From: Blasia pusilla
Taxonomy: Eukaryota
Direction of reading: 5' to 3'
Assembly (NCBI GenBank): GCA_050084515.1
Contig: CM114271.1
Span: 39,432,001-39,496,000 of the forward strand
Length of the DNA: 64,000 nt
Position numbers and translations under genes: made by a program. Numbering within the stretch: position 1 is the stretch's first letter; the number at the start of each line of letters is the position of its first letter. Below, one piece after another: positions 34,403 through 48,611 of the stretch. The notes under the pieces are model-generated. The model worked only from the letters and a program-made list of their open reading frames with translations, was not told where the DNA came from and made no database searches.

Positions 34403-36099
34403 GATTTTGGCTTCATCTTTTTCATTCTAGGAGACTAAACAACATGTCAACAAGAGGGAACTCTAGCAAAGGCTGCGTTGCGAGGACTTCATCCCAAGTC
34501 CCCAAACAAGTGCCACTCCCATTGTATGAACATGAGACTAACCCAAATATATTGCAGACAATGCATTCCATCAATGACCACCATCAGCAGGACAACACTA
34601 CACATGAGGTAGTATTATCCACCACATGTACGCTTCCTCTTTGCATTACCTCTCATACTCTATTCTAACGTAATCTCACCAGGTGCCTTCAAGCTATCTT
34701 GATTTTGCAAGCATGATCGTGAGTGACATCAAATCTGAGCCTGAAGAGTACAAGCCGCGCTTTATTTTCCCAACTGAGAACCAGATTAAATACATGGATA
34801 ATCTAGGCCCAGTTCCAACATTCTAGGAGCATGGGGCAACTGGAAGGAAGATTCAGACGCTAATCAATCAAGGGCAGATCCGTGACTCCAAGTTCCGCCG
34901 TATCAACAAAAATGCACCAACGTCACGTATTCTGGTTGCTTATTATTTATATGTTTCTAATGCAATTTCGATTCTACTCAACAAGCTCAAAGAAGACCCC
35001 TCCATTGACAAGTGCATTCACATGCAGACATCGAGAAAGAAGCCCTATTATTAAAAAAATGGACTTCAAAGAGACCACTCTTACTAGGAAGGATGCAACA
35101 CGCCTTTTCAATATAATGTCAGGGGGGATTAGACTAGATCAACTCCGCGTTCTCAGACATCAAATGCATTTTCATATGAAGATGCTACTTGACGTGTCCT
35201 CGGAAAAAATCCAGTTATCTTATTGACAGGATGAAAGTAGCCTAGAATAATGGTCACCTTCTAGATTTTGAGCCATTACCTATTGATATCGACAACCCAA
35301 ACCACTTCCTAGCCTTACCTGAGTTTGACGATGTCGTTATACTATTAAGTGCTCCTGGTTCTGATGCACTATCTAAATCTAAACTTGATCAGCCACTGGG
35401 AAGTACAACAAACTTTTCCTTTGGGTCAAACTCAACCTCTGAGTACAATTCAACTCTCTAGTCCCCAAGCAAGCGAAAGTGTACATCTTAGGTGCAATCT
35501 CTATTTCTGCTCATATTTCAAATGTGTTGTAGCAATATAGCTGCATTTTTCTCTACCCCTACAACTACTTGTGGGAGCTTCTTTCATTTTTTTCCTATTC
35601 TTTTTCCAAGCTGATGTTTACTTATGATGCAGTGGCCTATCCAACTTGCATAGCTAAAATTCTCTTCATCCTGCAATTACTTGTAGGAATCACTTCTTTT
35701 CTGTTTATTCTTTTTGCAGATGGTTGTTTAGAGTTTATGGTGCACTGAAGTATCAAGCTCTTTTGCTTACACTGTGGCAAGGTGGCTATTGTAGGATTTT
35801 CATGTTCATTATGCTTCTTCTGAAGGTAGCTCAACTAGAATTTTGATGTCAACATGGCCATTAGTATAGTGTAGATTTTCTTCACCCATCATCTTGCATT
35901 GGTGTAGATTTCTGCTCCACTTCTAGACTAATCTAGCTAGGCAGTTCTTTCATGCTGGATGTAGCCTATTCAAATGTGCCTTGGACTACGCAACCGCTTT
36001 GGGACTTGTTTCCATCTACTAATTTGCTTCAGTAAAGGACGCAACATTTTCTTTTACTTTTAATGCAAGATGTTGTTTTGTCAGTTATTGTTTCCCAGT

Positions 36100-39000
36100 T
36101 GTCACATCTTATCTCGACGTAGGTAGAGTTCTATCGCGTCGACATCATAGAGAGTCAACGGGCTATTCGGGTGTAACTTCATCCCTGGATGTCGGATGAG
36201 GTTGGTAACATGTCTATTGTGTCGAGATCGTCGTTTATGGCGATTTCCCTATTTTGGTTTTAGTCCGTCAGATGATCTGTTGACCTAGTCAATAGTCACC
36301 CGATAACCAGTGCACGCAGGTTACCATTGGTAAGGCTATTTTTGGGGAAGAACCTTTTGGCTCTTCCCAAGGGTATAAGAGTGAGAGAGATGGCTTTCTC
36401 AAGCCATCTTTCTCATGTTGAGCCTTAGGAGTGCCTCTCTTGCATAGACGTGTGTGGGTGTGTAGGAGTTAGGGTGCTAGCGTCCGGATTCCCTCATAGT
36501 AGAGGTGGATGTGGTTCAATATGCCGATGTAGATTCATGAGTGGAGTTTTAGGCCAGGTGAGCCATTTTTACTTTCCTTGATTTTACATGAGAAAGATGC
36601 GAGGGGGCAAGGAATTTTTTGGTTGCAGGTAGGCAAGCGAGTTGCCTCGGTCGGGAGCCTTTCGAGACGCGTGTGTGGCATTTTATGTATTTTTTAATGT
36701 TCGGAAGGTTGTCGGAGGGAGCGATGCTCATTTTTTTCAGATTTTTGCGGGTAACGGATTAGAGTAGAGCAATAGCAGAGTGGCGGATAGGGTGCTCGAG
36801 TGTAGCACAGAGTGTAGCATTGACGGGAGAACCGTGGATGTCGGGAAGGAGAGGGAAAGGAGGGCTTTGCCTTGCTGCCTCCGGAGGTCTGTTAAGTAAA
36901 GGAGGCTAGTAGGCCGCGCCAGGAATTAGGTCGTAGCCGTCCGTGTAGGGCTAGTTTGTACATATGTGGTCAAGCGTATAGACAAGGCAGGTTGGCAAAG
37001 TGGATGCGGGGCTGGATGGCACCCTCATAGGGATGTGTGCCAAGAGTGGAATGTGCATGGCACGATAGAGCTTTGAGGAGACTGGAACGAGTCGGGTAGT
37101 GTGTAGAGCAGGAGACACGCCGCATAGGGCGGCGTGCTCGCAAGAAGGTAGTCGGGTGGAGGGAAGTGCAAAGGGCCGCGCAGTTTCGAAGGAAGAAGAA
37201 GGGGGAGGCCTCCGCATAGGGAGGCATGCGTGTAAAGGGAGTCCTGGTGGAGGCGGGGACTGAGGAGGGTCAAGAGAGAGGGTCCAAAGAAACAAGGAGA
37301 GGCAGGGCTAGCCGCATAGGGCGGCAAGCCGGAAGTTAAAGTTAGTCGTGGCATGAGGAGTTAGTGCTTGAAAGAGGGAATGCGGTCGAAGGCAAGGAAG
37401 CCCTGCATAGGGCACCGTGCCGAGGAAGGAAGAAGAAAATGCGGAAGAGAGGAGAAGTTGGGAGATTTCCCTTGCATAGGGACACGTACGGGTGGGAGGG
37501 CCGTGTAATTGCGGAAATGGAGTATGAGGGAGTTGACGTATGAGAAGGTATGGGGCACGTGAAGCCAACCAAGTAACCGTGAGCCAGGTTGCATGAACGC
37601 ATGGTAGGATAGGAGGAGACATGGTTGGAGTCGGCCGAGGTAGGACCAAAGTATGCGGTTGTGGTTTGTGAATTGAACGTGGTTGAGAGAAGACAAGTGA
37701 TCCGCACCGATGGTTTGCGATGGAGTGCTAGTATGCTGATGCCGATGGGTAGTTTGCATCGAGTGATGGGAGAGTTGACGTGTGTTCGAGGAGAGTGTCG
37801 TGCTGCGGAGGTTGCCGCATCAGATGAAGGAGTGAATGTTGATGGTGCGGTAGGTTGAAGGGCTTGATCATGTAACCCATTCGAGTCCCTTTTCTCACAC
37901 TTATCTTGTATGATTGAGAGTGTTGGGCATCGGGTAGTTGGTGAGGCTAGATGGGTGTAGCGATGGTGACGAGTGTAGTCTCCATGCATGTGTAGCATGT
38001 TTGTGGATATACGTTGGTTGCCAAGTAGGGTTCACGTGTATGACCCGAGAGTGTCAGTAGTTAGGTGAGTCAATGGGAGGCTCATGATGAGCCCGAGTGT
38101 TGAATTTGCGTGAGGCCGGGTGTGTTGTCACGGGATTGACATTAGCATAGGTGAGCTAGTGAGGAGTGTGGGAGACTCTTGGTGAGTCTGAGTGCTTGAG
38201 TGGGCGAGAGACGGTTGTCATCACGGCGTTCTATCAAGGTTCGGAAGAACGGGGTAGTACGAGAAGTGGTAGTGGAGTGACACGAAGTGGTGTGAGGTAT
38301 CGAGGGGTTTTGAGTGAGGAACTACCCCGACTCAAATCCTTAGCTGGATCATCATCATTAAACAGCGGGTCTGGTGACGAGATTGCAGATGGAAACAGTG
38401 ATACGTAGAGAGAGATGGACAACATGGGCCACCGGGGCATGTATCATTTCTCGGATGCAGAAGGCACCATAGATTTAGATGATTTCATCTAAGAGTTCGA
38501 CATGTGGTGCGACTTCTGGGAGATACGGGCCCCTACGTAATTCAACCCTTATATGGTATGGAAGGGGTCGTTCCAACACTTGGAGGGTCCGCCGATGGAT
38601 GACTACATGGAGTTCCGATCTCTATACTCTATAGAGATCGATGCTTGGAGGGTGTATTGGGCTCCAACGTATGTGTCCACTAGTGGCCGTGAGGCGTATG
38701 ATGGGATAGTGAGAGCAGAGAGACCTTCACCAATGAGCCTGGGGACTAGGTGGAGATGATGGCAGTGAGAGTGGCGAGGTGGAAGAGACCTCTCGTGGTA
38801 GAGGACCACCGAATTCAGTCCTACAGTGGAGTTCTTTCGATAGTTAGGGAGGAGCTTCCAGGGCGTGCCGACCAAAAAGCTGAAGAGTCTACAGGATTTT
38901 CATCGGAGATCGGGTGAGAGTCTGAGGGAGGTGTTCACGTGCATGCGATGGTTGATCGTTGCCACATATGGGATGACTGAGGCGCAGTCAGTGCAGTATA

Positions 39001-39478
39001 GGTATAGGGTGTTGGATGAGGAGCCACGGAGGAGAGTTCGGGATGCGATGTTTCTTCACACGGCAAAGTCCACATTGAAGGTGGTCTTCGAGTTTTGTGA
39101 GGGACTAGAGCTCAACATGAGTGAATAGTAGGTGGTGACCACGGGATTTTCTTGGGATTCGACAGGTCTATGAGTAGGAGTAGACCCACATGTGTCCCAA
39201 CATGCACTAGGACCACAAGAGCGGGCCAGTGGGCCGAGAGAGTAGGGCGGGTATCGTGAGCCAATGAGGCAATGACCCGTACCGAGGTATGTTTCCCAAC
39301 AGGGCCCAGGGTTGGCTTGTTGGACATGTGGTGGGTCACATAGGCAGAGGGAATGCCCACAACATGGTAGAGGGCCTAGGGTGCCTTTGGGTGTTCAGGA
39401 GCCACCTAGGATGGCCCCACCACAGTTGCAGTGTGATCATTGTCATCGATATGGTCACACTAGGGATAGGTGTTACGA
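36100..39478 (+). mobile_element. Truncated LTR retrotransposon (probably Ty3/Gypsy): 5' LTR region + degraded gag
   Basis: Starts TGTCAC. The gag relic at 38420-39478 has two CCHC knuckles, CWTCGGSHRQREC and CDHCHRYGHTRDRC. LTR sequence within 36145-36547 recurs at 61143-61257 and, inverted, at 63600-64000. Confidence 0.75.
36934..37483. repeat. Periodic array of seven GCATAGGG-like motifs, each in a short hairpin, about 70-100 bp apart
   Basis: Cores near 36943, 37025, 37122, 37214, 37314, 37405 and 37474; the first two are degenerate. Confidence 0.7.
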
Positions 39479-42470
39479 TCATCAAGGCAACATGGAAACA
39501 TCACAATTGCAGCTGCTGCAATAAATCAGATTGAGAATCTTGGTACATCCATGGATGCGAATGGAACTTTTCCTCTACATTTCTACAGGAAGATTTCATC
39601 AACCCTTGATGCATCAAAAATTAGATCAGCTACACTTACTTCTGCCCTTGATGATGTTAATGCATCCATGCACTCAGCAATGGCTGATTCTCGTAGGAAT
39701 GATCTTGCTCTTGATGAAGCAAATCAGAAGTTCACAACAGCAAAAGAGGAAGTTATAAGCCTGCTATGATGGTTAGAAACTTACATACTCCATGATGAAT
39801 CACTTCAGAAACAAGTTTCCATAATAAAAGAAATATTTCAACTATAGGATTTCATGGAAATTACATATAAATTGTATTTTGAGGAGAGCCTGAATTCTAC
39901 TCCTATAGTACATAATTGCTCATTTTGTCACTCAGTGCTTTATACTTGAATGCTGCTTTATTTCAGTATTCCTGTTTAGTAAATTTCATGCATTACAAGC
40001 CATTTTCTGGCCTCATTACCATCTTCTTATATCTGTTTCCATGATATCTTATGAGATCTCTTTTCTACATTCAGGCATGTCTGTTCCACTTTGGATTATA
40101 CCATGCTTCTCACTCATACATCAATAATTGTCATGAAGTTTTGCAACACAACACACACAACATTAGGGGTAATCAATTCCAACAAATTGTAGTATGGATC
40201 TTGGATTAGCTTCGCAAGCATGTGACATTGATGTTAGCTTCAACGAACAACTTGTATTGCATTTACAAGCAAAGAGTGACACTTCAACAAGACGTCAATG
40301 GCTATTTCATTTAGCATTTTGAGTTAACACAGAATACGATAGATCTCATGTTCAGATACTACACCATCGGATTTGGAGTCTTAAAGATTCTAAATAACTT
40401 TCTCCTTGCCTTATTTTCTATTCTCGAGCACCATAAGCGCCATTTCAGAGCCTCCATTCACAAACACTCTTGTCTCCTTTCATAAGTTTCTCACTCACCG
40501 ATTTAGGTTTACAATCTTGCACAATGAAGCTATCAATTCGGACTTTCTCCGACACAAAAGCATTTTCAGGAAATTCTTGCTCGGACGTTTTGTCCACTTG
40601 GGCGGGCATTCTCACACCAGACCAAATGGAGACAACCTGATATTATAGAGATGATGTTCCATGACTATCTTGATGTGTTTCAGAAAACGAGAAAATTAGG
40701 GCAGAAGTTTCTTCTTAACATTGATGCATGGATGGAAGTATGGTGCAAAGTTTGGAGTCACCCATCAGCTTGATGACTCAACCAACTATGCCAAGATCTA
40801 CAACTACTATTCCCCCGACAACATTGAGGTTTCAACCTTTTCACTCATTATTTTTACATTACACCAGAATTTTTTTGCTGGAGTACTCATTAGACTCTCA
40901 TCATTAGTTAATGCTACATGTATCTTTACTAAGATCAAATAAAAGCCTAATAATCTACTTATGCGCCTACAATAATCAATTTTTATATTATTCACTATAT
41001 CCACGCACACTTTAATTTCTTCCTTCGAGATGTGGTATCGGATGCTTCTTATGCAGCGTTCTACCAAAAACTCCAAAAATTGAGACCCTACATTTAACTA
41101 TCTCCTACCCTTTCCATCTCACTTCTCCTTTAGACTAAGCAACCAAATAAATATGTTAATTAAGACCTAACCTTCACTCTCTTTTTTCATTACTGAATAC
41201 TATATTGGTCTAAACTGTCCCCCACCCTAGTAAAACTATTCTAGGCCGCATACTTGTTTTCTAATAATGAAAATATTTCCTAAGAAAAGAAAGGCAAGGC
41301 AGCATTGCAGAAGAGGGAGAAAAGAAATGTAACGTCCTCTGGCACGAGGCGTGCATGTCGCGCTGACAGACAGGCGTAAAGGTCGACTGTTCTTGCTCGC
41401 CTTTCAGCCTTGAAAAGAAGCTGAGGAGCGATAATGAAGGAGGTCGTGCGTGGATACACTCTGCTTTTCACAAGCGGGAAGATCTCGTTGTCACACTGTT
41501 CACACCTCACGTTCCGTACGGAGTTCTGCTCGACCGGATTTCCCATAGTTTGTTTCCTTCTGCTTCCGCGTCTCCAATTCGCCCTCGCCTCGATCTTGAC
41601 GATCATCACTTTCCGGAAATTCGTATCCAATCGTCTCCTCGATCTACACGACACACAGCTTTCCTACTCATCCCCTAACCGATCCGGTCCTTGCCTCTTT
41701 GATCCATCTTGACCGTTATTGACGACACACAGCTTTTCCCCTCATTTCCAATTCCTCCCTCGCCTCACTCTTGGCGATCCAGAGATGTCCTCGTCATCTC
41801 CGATGTCACCCTCACCTCCGTCCGCAGTTCTTAACAATGCACAGCTTTTCACTTCATCTCCGGACGAATCCCTCTCTACACCAGATACGATTTACCTGAC
41901 CACGCAAGGTTCATGCCTTAGGGTCTAGCTCGTGGTTACACACACATGAGAGCTTGAGCGGGCCGGTCCTGAGAAGAAGTGGAACCTGTGGAAGAGAGCA
42001 AAGAAAAAATCCGTTATGGTTCGATGCAGTGCCGTGCAATCGGCGCTTCGCAACATGTTGGATAACTTGGATTCCAGAATCTTGACATCTCACGAGACGC
42101 GGCCGCGAAACATGGAAGCCAGCTTCAGAAAGTGCTGATCGGGTCCTGCGCTGATGATCTCGTAATCATAACTAGATGAAGTGACGAAAGGTAGCAACCT
42201 GCTCACATGCAAGGCTTGACGACCTAGCTGGGTACAGATTCAACAGAATTACGGACTCGCTTTACTTTAGGAAGCAACGAATGTCCTCATCGCAGCCAGT
42301 CGCAACTCTCTCGCTCCGCCGTCGGTTCAACGCTTCAAAAGTTGAAGTACGCATTGACGCAGTGCTCTCACCGACCGACCGCATCCACACTCCTTCCCGA
42401 ACTCGCTGGCGATTTCAACCTCTGGAGTCCGCTGTACAAGTGAACTTTGCAGAATGGCGACCAATAGAGA

Positions 42471-42498
42471 CTAGAGGGTTGCCCGTGCTATGTACGGG
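42471..42498 (-). mobile_element. Helitron 3' terminus (hairpin + CTAG|T)
   Basis: The minus strand reads CCCGTAC-ATA-GCACGGG-CAACCCT-CTAG-T, a classical plant Helitron end. Confidence 0.75.
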
Positions 42499-44444
42499 TG
42501 ACATGAAGGTCGGGGAAAAACGCACCGAAGAACACTCGTAGAGTTAAGTACGGAGGACTGCTCTCGACCCCCTTCATTCATTGATTATAATTAATTCATG
42601 TGTTGCATGTTCACCACCAAAATAGGTGTCGATAGGAGATGAGGGAATAGTATAAATTTAAATACGAAAATACATTAAACACCTGGGACCTCCAATGTTC
42701 CATCAGAAATTCATGGGTGCTTAAGAGCCCTAGGTATCGTAAGGAAAAGTATTTGATTTTATAAGAAAAAGTGTTTGAAAATCAACAAGTCTTTCTCTCA
42801 TATAATTATATATTTTGATGTTATGTATGTACTTTCATATCAGTTGGGTATATATATTACAAATAAGTATATATTGTGTAAGTTGTAACATGGAATAAAT
42901 TATTAGCCTCATTTATAGTGTCCAAAGGACCCCATGGACCCGGGTCCTTGGACACAAATAGATGGAGAGAGAGAAGCTTAGCTTCCTTGGAGTACTCCTA
43001 GCTCTTCTGTTGCTCCTAGTGCTCTTTTCCGTGTCGTGCTCTAATCTAATTGTTGCCAATTTCTTTCCGATTACTCAACATGCTCTTTTTTCGCTATTCA
43101 CGATGACCTTGTGTTTGAGTCCTCTCATAGTTGCTTTGCTATGTCCATCTCTGATTTATAGATCTGGGGTATTCTCTCTAGATTTGTCACAAATTTTTTT
43201 TTATGTCTATATACCTTTATTAATGTTAAGGAAAAATAAAATTTAATATCAAATGTTATAAAAAAACAAAATTACTCTTCCAATTTTAAGATTGATATCT
43301 TATTATGCATATTCTAGTATTTCACATAATTTTTAATCGCAGAATGGACGGACGGCCTCTAAGATTCAAGCCTCACAAAACGCGGTGGTGGCATCCAAAA
43401 TTACTGGCTAAAATATGGAACGTTGGTCTTAGAAACTCCAGGCCCGAAACACACCTCCTCGGCCTCACAATTGAGCCTTCTACACTGAAGCGGAACACCT
43501 CGGAAATCTCGTGCACAGAGATCTGACTCCAGCCCGAACACATATACATGAAAACAAAATAGAAAAGTGGCCTAAAATTGATGTAGCCCGAATTCCTCTC
43601 AGAAAATAGTAGCCGTTTGGGAAATCAAGCAAAACACATGCAGCAAAGCGAAATTGAAAAGCGCCTGAAGCGATATCGCCCGTGCGTCCAGGTTAGCTGA
43701 ATTTGGTGAAGGGGCAAACTGTAAACCCTATTCCCAAACCAAGAAATCAGGGCTTCAAGCTCGCGCGTGGGTCATGGTTATTAAGCGTTTAAGACTTCAA
43801 ACAATCCGCCAAGCACTCGGCCGCATCCCCAAACTTGGTGTTCTGACTAGGGCAGTCTAACGGACATCTAAGCGACACATATGTTGCAATAGGTATTGAG
43901 GCCCTGCCCGTTCCCTATTTTTTGTGCCGACGTGTGGCCACCAGGAGTAAATGCGTACTTTGCGTCCTGTTAGTAGGGGCCGTAATAAACTGTCCACAAC
44001 AAGGAATATAAATGTATTTCGGGTTTCGGGTTTTGAGTTTTGAGAATGGAGAGTCACTACACTAGGGGGTGTCAAAGATCTCCCGGATAGGGTAATGCTT
44101 ACCACCTCTACCTATGCAGGGGTTTGTCTGGAGCCCAAACGGATAAGCTCGCCACGTTCCCCCATGAGTGAAAGTCTCACCCGGAGTTGTTTTTCCCCGG
44201 AACTGTGTGCGCACATAGGGTAAATTTGCAGGGCAGCCATTTTGGAGAACTTTGCACGCACACGAATATGAGGTTGAGGGCTTCAAGTCTTCTTGAGGAG
44301 CTCTGGTTTGGATTTCGATGTCCTCACCTGATAGAATTTCAGATCGATGTTGTGTGTATCCGCCTACCTCTACACATGGTTCTCTTCTTATTTCCTTGTG
44401 GTCTTGATGTAGAATTGGTGGCGGTGGCTATGATTTCAAGTTAG

Positions 44445-44645
44445 GTGGAGCTGATTTGTGAGCAAGGTGGGCGCGAGATGATCTTGACGCAAGGTGGGAG
44501 GGATCTGCTTTGTTAGCACAGTGGGCGGGAGCTGATTTGTGAGCAAGGTGGGCAGGACCTGATTGTGACGCATGGTCGAGCTGATTTTTTAGTAGGGTGA
44601 GCGGTAGAAGATTGTGGACTGTGGAGCTCATTTGTGAGCAGGGAT
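44445..44645. repeat. Degenerate short tandem repeats (gagctgatttgtgagcaaggtgggc)
   Basis: Exact copies at 44448 and 44529, with partial copies near 44578 and 44623. Confidence 0.7.
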
Positions 44646-45227
44646 GAGGTAAGATGATCTTGAAGTAGGGTGGGCGGAACAAGGAATCAAGCGTGTGGAT
44701 TTCAGGAGTCTCCCTGTAAGCCATGAAAATATTATGGTAATCTCCAAGAAATCTCCATTGGAGTGGGTGGGATTGAACAGCAAAACATGTCTTTGTTCAA
44801 CATTCTCAACCGTGGGGAGGCTCAAGCAAGCATACATGCGTACATAAGTTGCAGTAAGCAAGTGAAGATTGGACAGCTATGAAGAAATAGCTTAGATAGA
44901 TATCAAAAGTGACGAAATTCTGAAATCAGCATAGGCAAAAGGAAGACATGTTGCTTCTTCTTTGATGTCCGCTCTTTATGTGTCTAGATTGTGCATTTCA
45001 ACCCCTAGATTTGCGTTGATGAATTCACTCCTGAATTTCGATCTCACTTGCTACAAATCCCTGTTGTAGCAAAGCCCAATAGTTGTTTCCTTTCCTTGAA
45101 GTAATTGTTTTCTACCATGTAATGTGAATTGTACCTACAGTGGCCTCCTCCCATGATGGTGAAGTACTTAGGGTAATACATGAAGGTAAATTTTTTATGT
45201 TGTTAGGCTCATCTACAAATTAGCAGC

Positions 45228-46160
45228 ATGCCCAAGATCTCAGAGAGAGACAAGTTTCTCAATGAACTTTGACGGGTTCTTAAAACTCATATTTTGATGG
45301 ATGATTCCACTACTGAATAAGATTCTGGTGACGTAGATTCTACGAGCGAGGATGAGGAAATGCATGATGCAAACAATAGCCCTAGCACCTCAAATTCAAG
45401 CTTAGGCTTTGATGTTGAATGTGAGGTTGACGAAGACCTCTAACAACTATTTCAAATGGTGCAGGAAATTAGGTTCATTTCCAAACATGATAGGGTTCGA
45501 AAATCATCAGACTTTGTGGATAACGTATTCATGAGTCTACCCAAATGTCTGTTCATGCAACTCACTCAGATGAGATGCGAAACCTTCCTTGAATTTTTTA
45601 GCATAATCAAAGACCGCCATGTCTTCTACTCAAATGCATTCAATTCTCAAAAATTTTGTACAAGTTCAGTTGGCCATGGCCCTTGATAGGTTTGGACATA
45701 ACGGTAATGGTGCTTGCTTAGCACGCACTCTCTTTTTATGGGGTTTATCACATGGTTTAGTTGTGAACTACACTCGTAGAATTGCTATTGCTTTGGTGGA
45801 TCGCTTATCCCATGAGCTACAATGGCCTGACACACAAGAGCGCCAAAGGATTTTGTCTGAATTTGCGAAGCAAGGATTTCAATGATGTGTTGGATTGATT
45901 GACGTGACCTTATTTCCTCTCAATCAAAGATCGCGAGACTCTGATAAAACCTATTTTGATAGGAAATCTAATTACTCCATCAATGTATAAGTGGTGTCCA
46001 ATGACAGATGGAGAATCATCTTCCTCTTTATTGGTATGTATGTTTGAAATGCTTTCTCATTGCTAGGTTGATGAGGTTTGATTTTTCCACATCTGATATT
46101 TGGTTTTGGATCTTTGCAGGTATGTATGGTTCTTGTCATGATTTCACTTGCTTTAGCAGT
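45228..46160 (+). mobile_element. PIF/Harbinger (HARBI1-like) transposase pseudogene, truncated by a Gypsy pol fragment
   Basis: QLAMALDRFGHNGNG, LQWPD, CVGLIDVTLFPL, YFDRKSNYSIN, an intron at about 46034-46119, then GMYGSCHD. Contains stops. Confidence 0.88.
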
Positions 46161-46164
46161 GCCA

Positions 46165-47970
46165 TCACTTGGCCTAGTGATTTGATTGAGGGACATATCC
46201 ATGTAGAGGATACTCTCGTTCTTGAAATTTCTATGGAGAGGAGTGTAATGATAACCGCATCAGTCCGTGGAGGAGAGGTGCCGCCTTGGGGCTCGATTGA
46301 GGAGCTTTGAAGCTTAGCCACTGAGCATGTGTAGACCGCGTGGAGCGAGACATTTGTACCAGAGTGTGAACGTTTAGAGGAACCCCAAGTAGCCATGAGT
46401 GTTGCTATGACCCCTTTGGATACCACCCTGATTGTGTGGTGCATCCTAGAGGAGGATATTCGGGTGTTACGCTAGTCGCTCAAACAACGCTTCAGAGGGG
46501 AAATATAGCTCGTATCAGGGTGAGTGCTTGGCTGCAATGTGGACAATCGCACATTTCAGATGTTATCTATTCGGAAATCCCTCTACCATCATTATTGATT
46601 ATCAGCCACTTAAGTGGTTGATGGAGTCGACAAGCTTACAGGGAAGCTTGCGAGGTGGGCTCTTTTGTTGCAGGATTATCATGTGGTGCATAGACCTGGG
46701 ATGCTCAACCAGGAAGTAGATGTTTTGAGCCGTAACCCATGCCCGAGTCAGCGAGATGCGATTGGAGCTCGTTGGCATGGTGAGAGTGATGAGGAGTTGG
46801 TGCCACGATGGCATGAGTAAGCCTACTTGGGCTTGTTGGCTATGGAGAGCCAGATTGTTGAGACTTTGATGGCGAATTCTGATGAAGAGTCCTTAGATCC
46901 ACAGGCCGGTGAGGAGACGATAGGTGGCCGAGATATTCAAGACGATGGAGTGGTCTTGGAATACCTGCGTACTAGCAGTATCGCGAGCATAGTGGATGCT
47001 AGAGAGCGGGATCAAATCCTACAACAAGCCAGAAAGTTCCGGTGGGAGGGGACACATGTGTTGCGAGTGTGGGAGGTAGAGTGCGTATGGTGCCTCATCC
47101 TTTGCAGAGAGCATATTTGGTGCGTCATGCCCACGAGGAGTTGGGTCATTTGGAGTAAAGCGGACATACATCTTGCTCTAGATTCAGTATTGGTGGCGAG
47201 GCATGCAGACTAACGTTCAGCAGTTTGTTGCCAGATGTATGGTGTGTGATCGAGTCCAAACATCGTTCAATGCTCCGACTCCATAGTTGCATCCACTTTC
47301 GATCATGGGTTTAGGTTATAGATGGAGTTTGGATTTTGCAGGACCTTTGCCTTTGACTAAGCGCCATAATAGTTATGTGTTGGTGATGGTCGAGCACTTC
47401 TCAAAGTGGCTCCGACTCCATAATTGCATCCACTTCCGATCATGGGTTTAGGTTCTAGATGGAGTTTGGATTTTGCAGGACCTTTGCCTTTGATTGAGCG
47501 CCATAATGATTATGTGTTGGTGATGGTCGAGCACTTCTCAAAGTGGATAGAGTTGGTTGCATTTCCTGACAAAGCAAGTGAGGGAGTAGCGTATTCCTTC
47601 CTAGATTGAGTGTTGAGTCATTACGACGTACAAGTTGAGGTGTTGACAGACCAAGGTACAAAGTTTTGCGGGGAGTTTCAGGCCTTGTGTGATCAGGCAC
47701 TGATCGACCATCGCACCACTTTGCGAGATCATCCTGAGGCGGATGGACTAGCGGAGAGGGTTGTGCAGACGGTGAAGAGAGGATTACGCAAGTATGGCTT
47801 GCAGAGAGGTCACCTAGGAGATTGGGATCTTCAGTTTCCGTGGTTGGCCATGGAATACAGATTAATCAGACATACATCTTTAGCGTCTTTCTCACCGTAC
47901 TTGCTGCTTTATGGCTGTGAGCCAGATTTACTTGCGGCCATTCGTCGAGATGTTGGTGAGGTGTTGAACC
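46165..47970 (+). mobile_element. Ty3/Gypsy pol fragment (RNase H - integrase), degraded
   Basis: ECLAAMWTIAHFRCYLFG, DYQPLKWL, GKLARWALLLQDY, WSLDFAGPLP, VLTDQG and HPEADGLAERVVQTVK; RNase H precedes integrase. Confidence 0.92.
47272..47545. repeat. 137-bp tandem duplication inside the integrase
   Basis: Units 47272-47408 and 47409-47545 differ by a few substitutions. Confidence 0.95.
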
Positions 47971-48611
47971 TCACCAACAGCTCGACGAATCACAAGTCAA
48001 GTGATCTACATTTTTTCATGTACTTGCTATTAGAGTTTATTATGTTGTACTTGAAATCAGTAATTTAGTACCTTGATACTTTCCTTGGAGTTTATATAGT
48101 CACATTTAGACTTTGATGTATCGTAGTTAACATAACTCATATAGGATCTTGATATTTATGTGGAAGTATTCTTGAATACTCGAAGAGGTTATTGAGACAA
48201 TAGATAGAGTTTTCTATACAGATCTAGCATACTTTACATCTATGTAGTCAACGTTGGAATAGCCCCACATATGAAGTCTTAGGCAGAATTCATCTAGTAT
48301 CTAAAAGAAAGCTTGATTTTCTTCTATACGCTATGTTGGGTTGCAAAATATTTCACACGTAAACAAAACCAAAAACTCTTGCCTAAGTGGGTTTAAAGTC
48401 TCTACAATCCTGAAAAGTGATTGAACATACAAGAATATACCATATTTGATGTAACAGTTTGTTGAAAATATAAGTGTAACACATCATTACAACAAAGGTC
48501 AGAGAATGAATAAGTGGGCCGAACTAACTAATATCTTTATTATAGACTTATTACACTTTGGTTAATAGTAGTTGTTGTGACTCATATGAGATACTAGTAT
48601 ATATCAAACAA

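Noticed and set aside
36934-37483. CRISPR array interpretation of the periodic motif
   Set aside because: The shared core is only about 8-10 bp, the spacers are too long, the context is eukaryotic and no cas genes are present.
36951-37998. Multiple overlapping Pro/Ser-rich minus-strand ORFs
   Set aside because: They are expected in GC-rich, strand-biased repeat DNA and show no protein motifs.
41280-42470. GC-rich block with short ORFs that might be a gene 5' end
   Set aside because: No consistent exon chain or protein motif; probably transposon-internal sequence.
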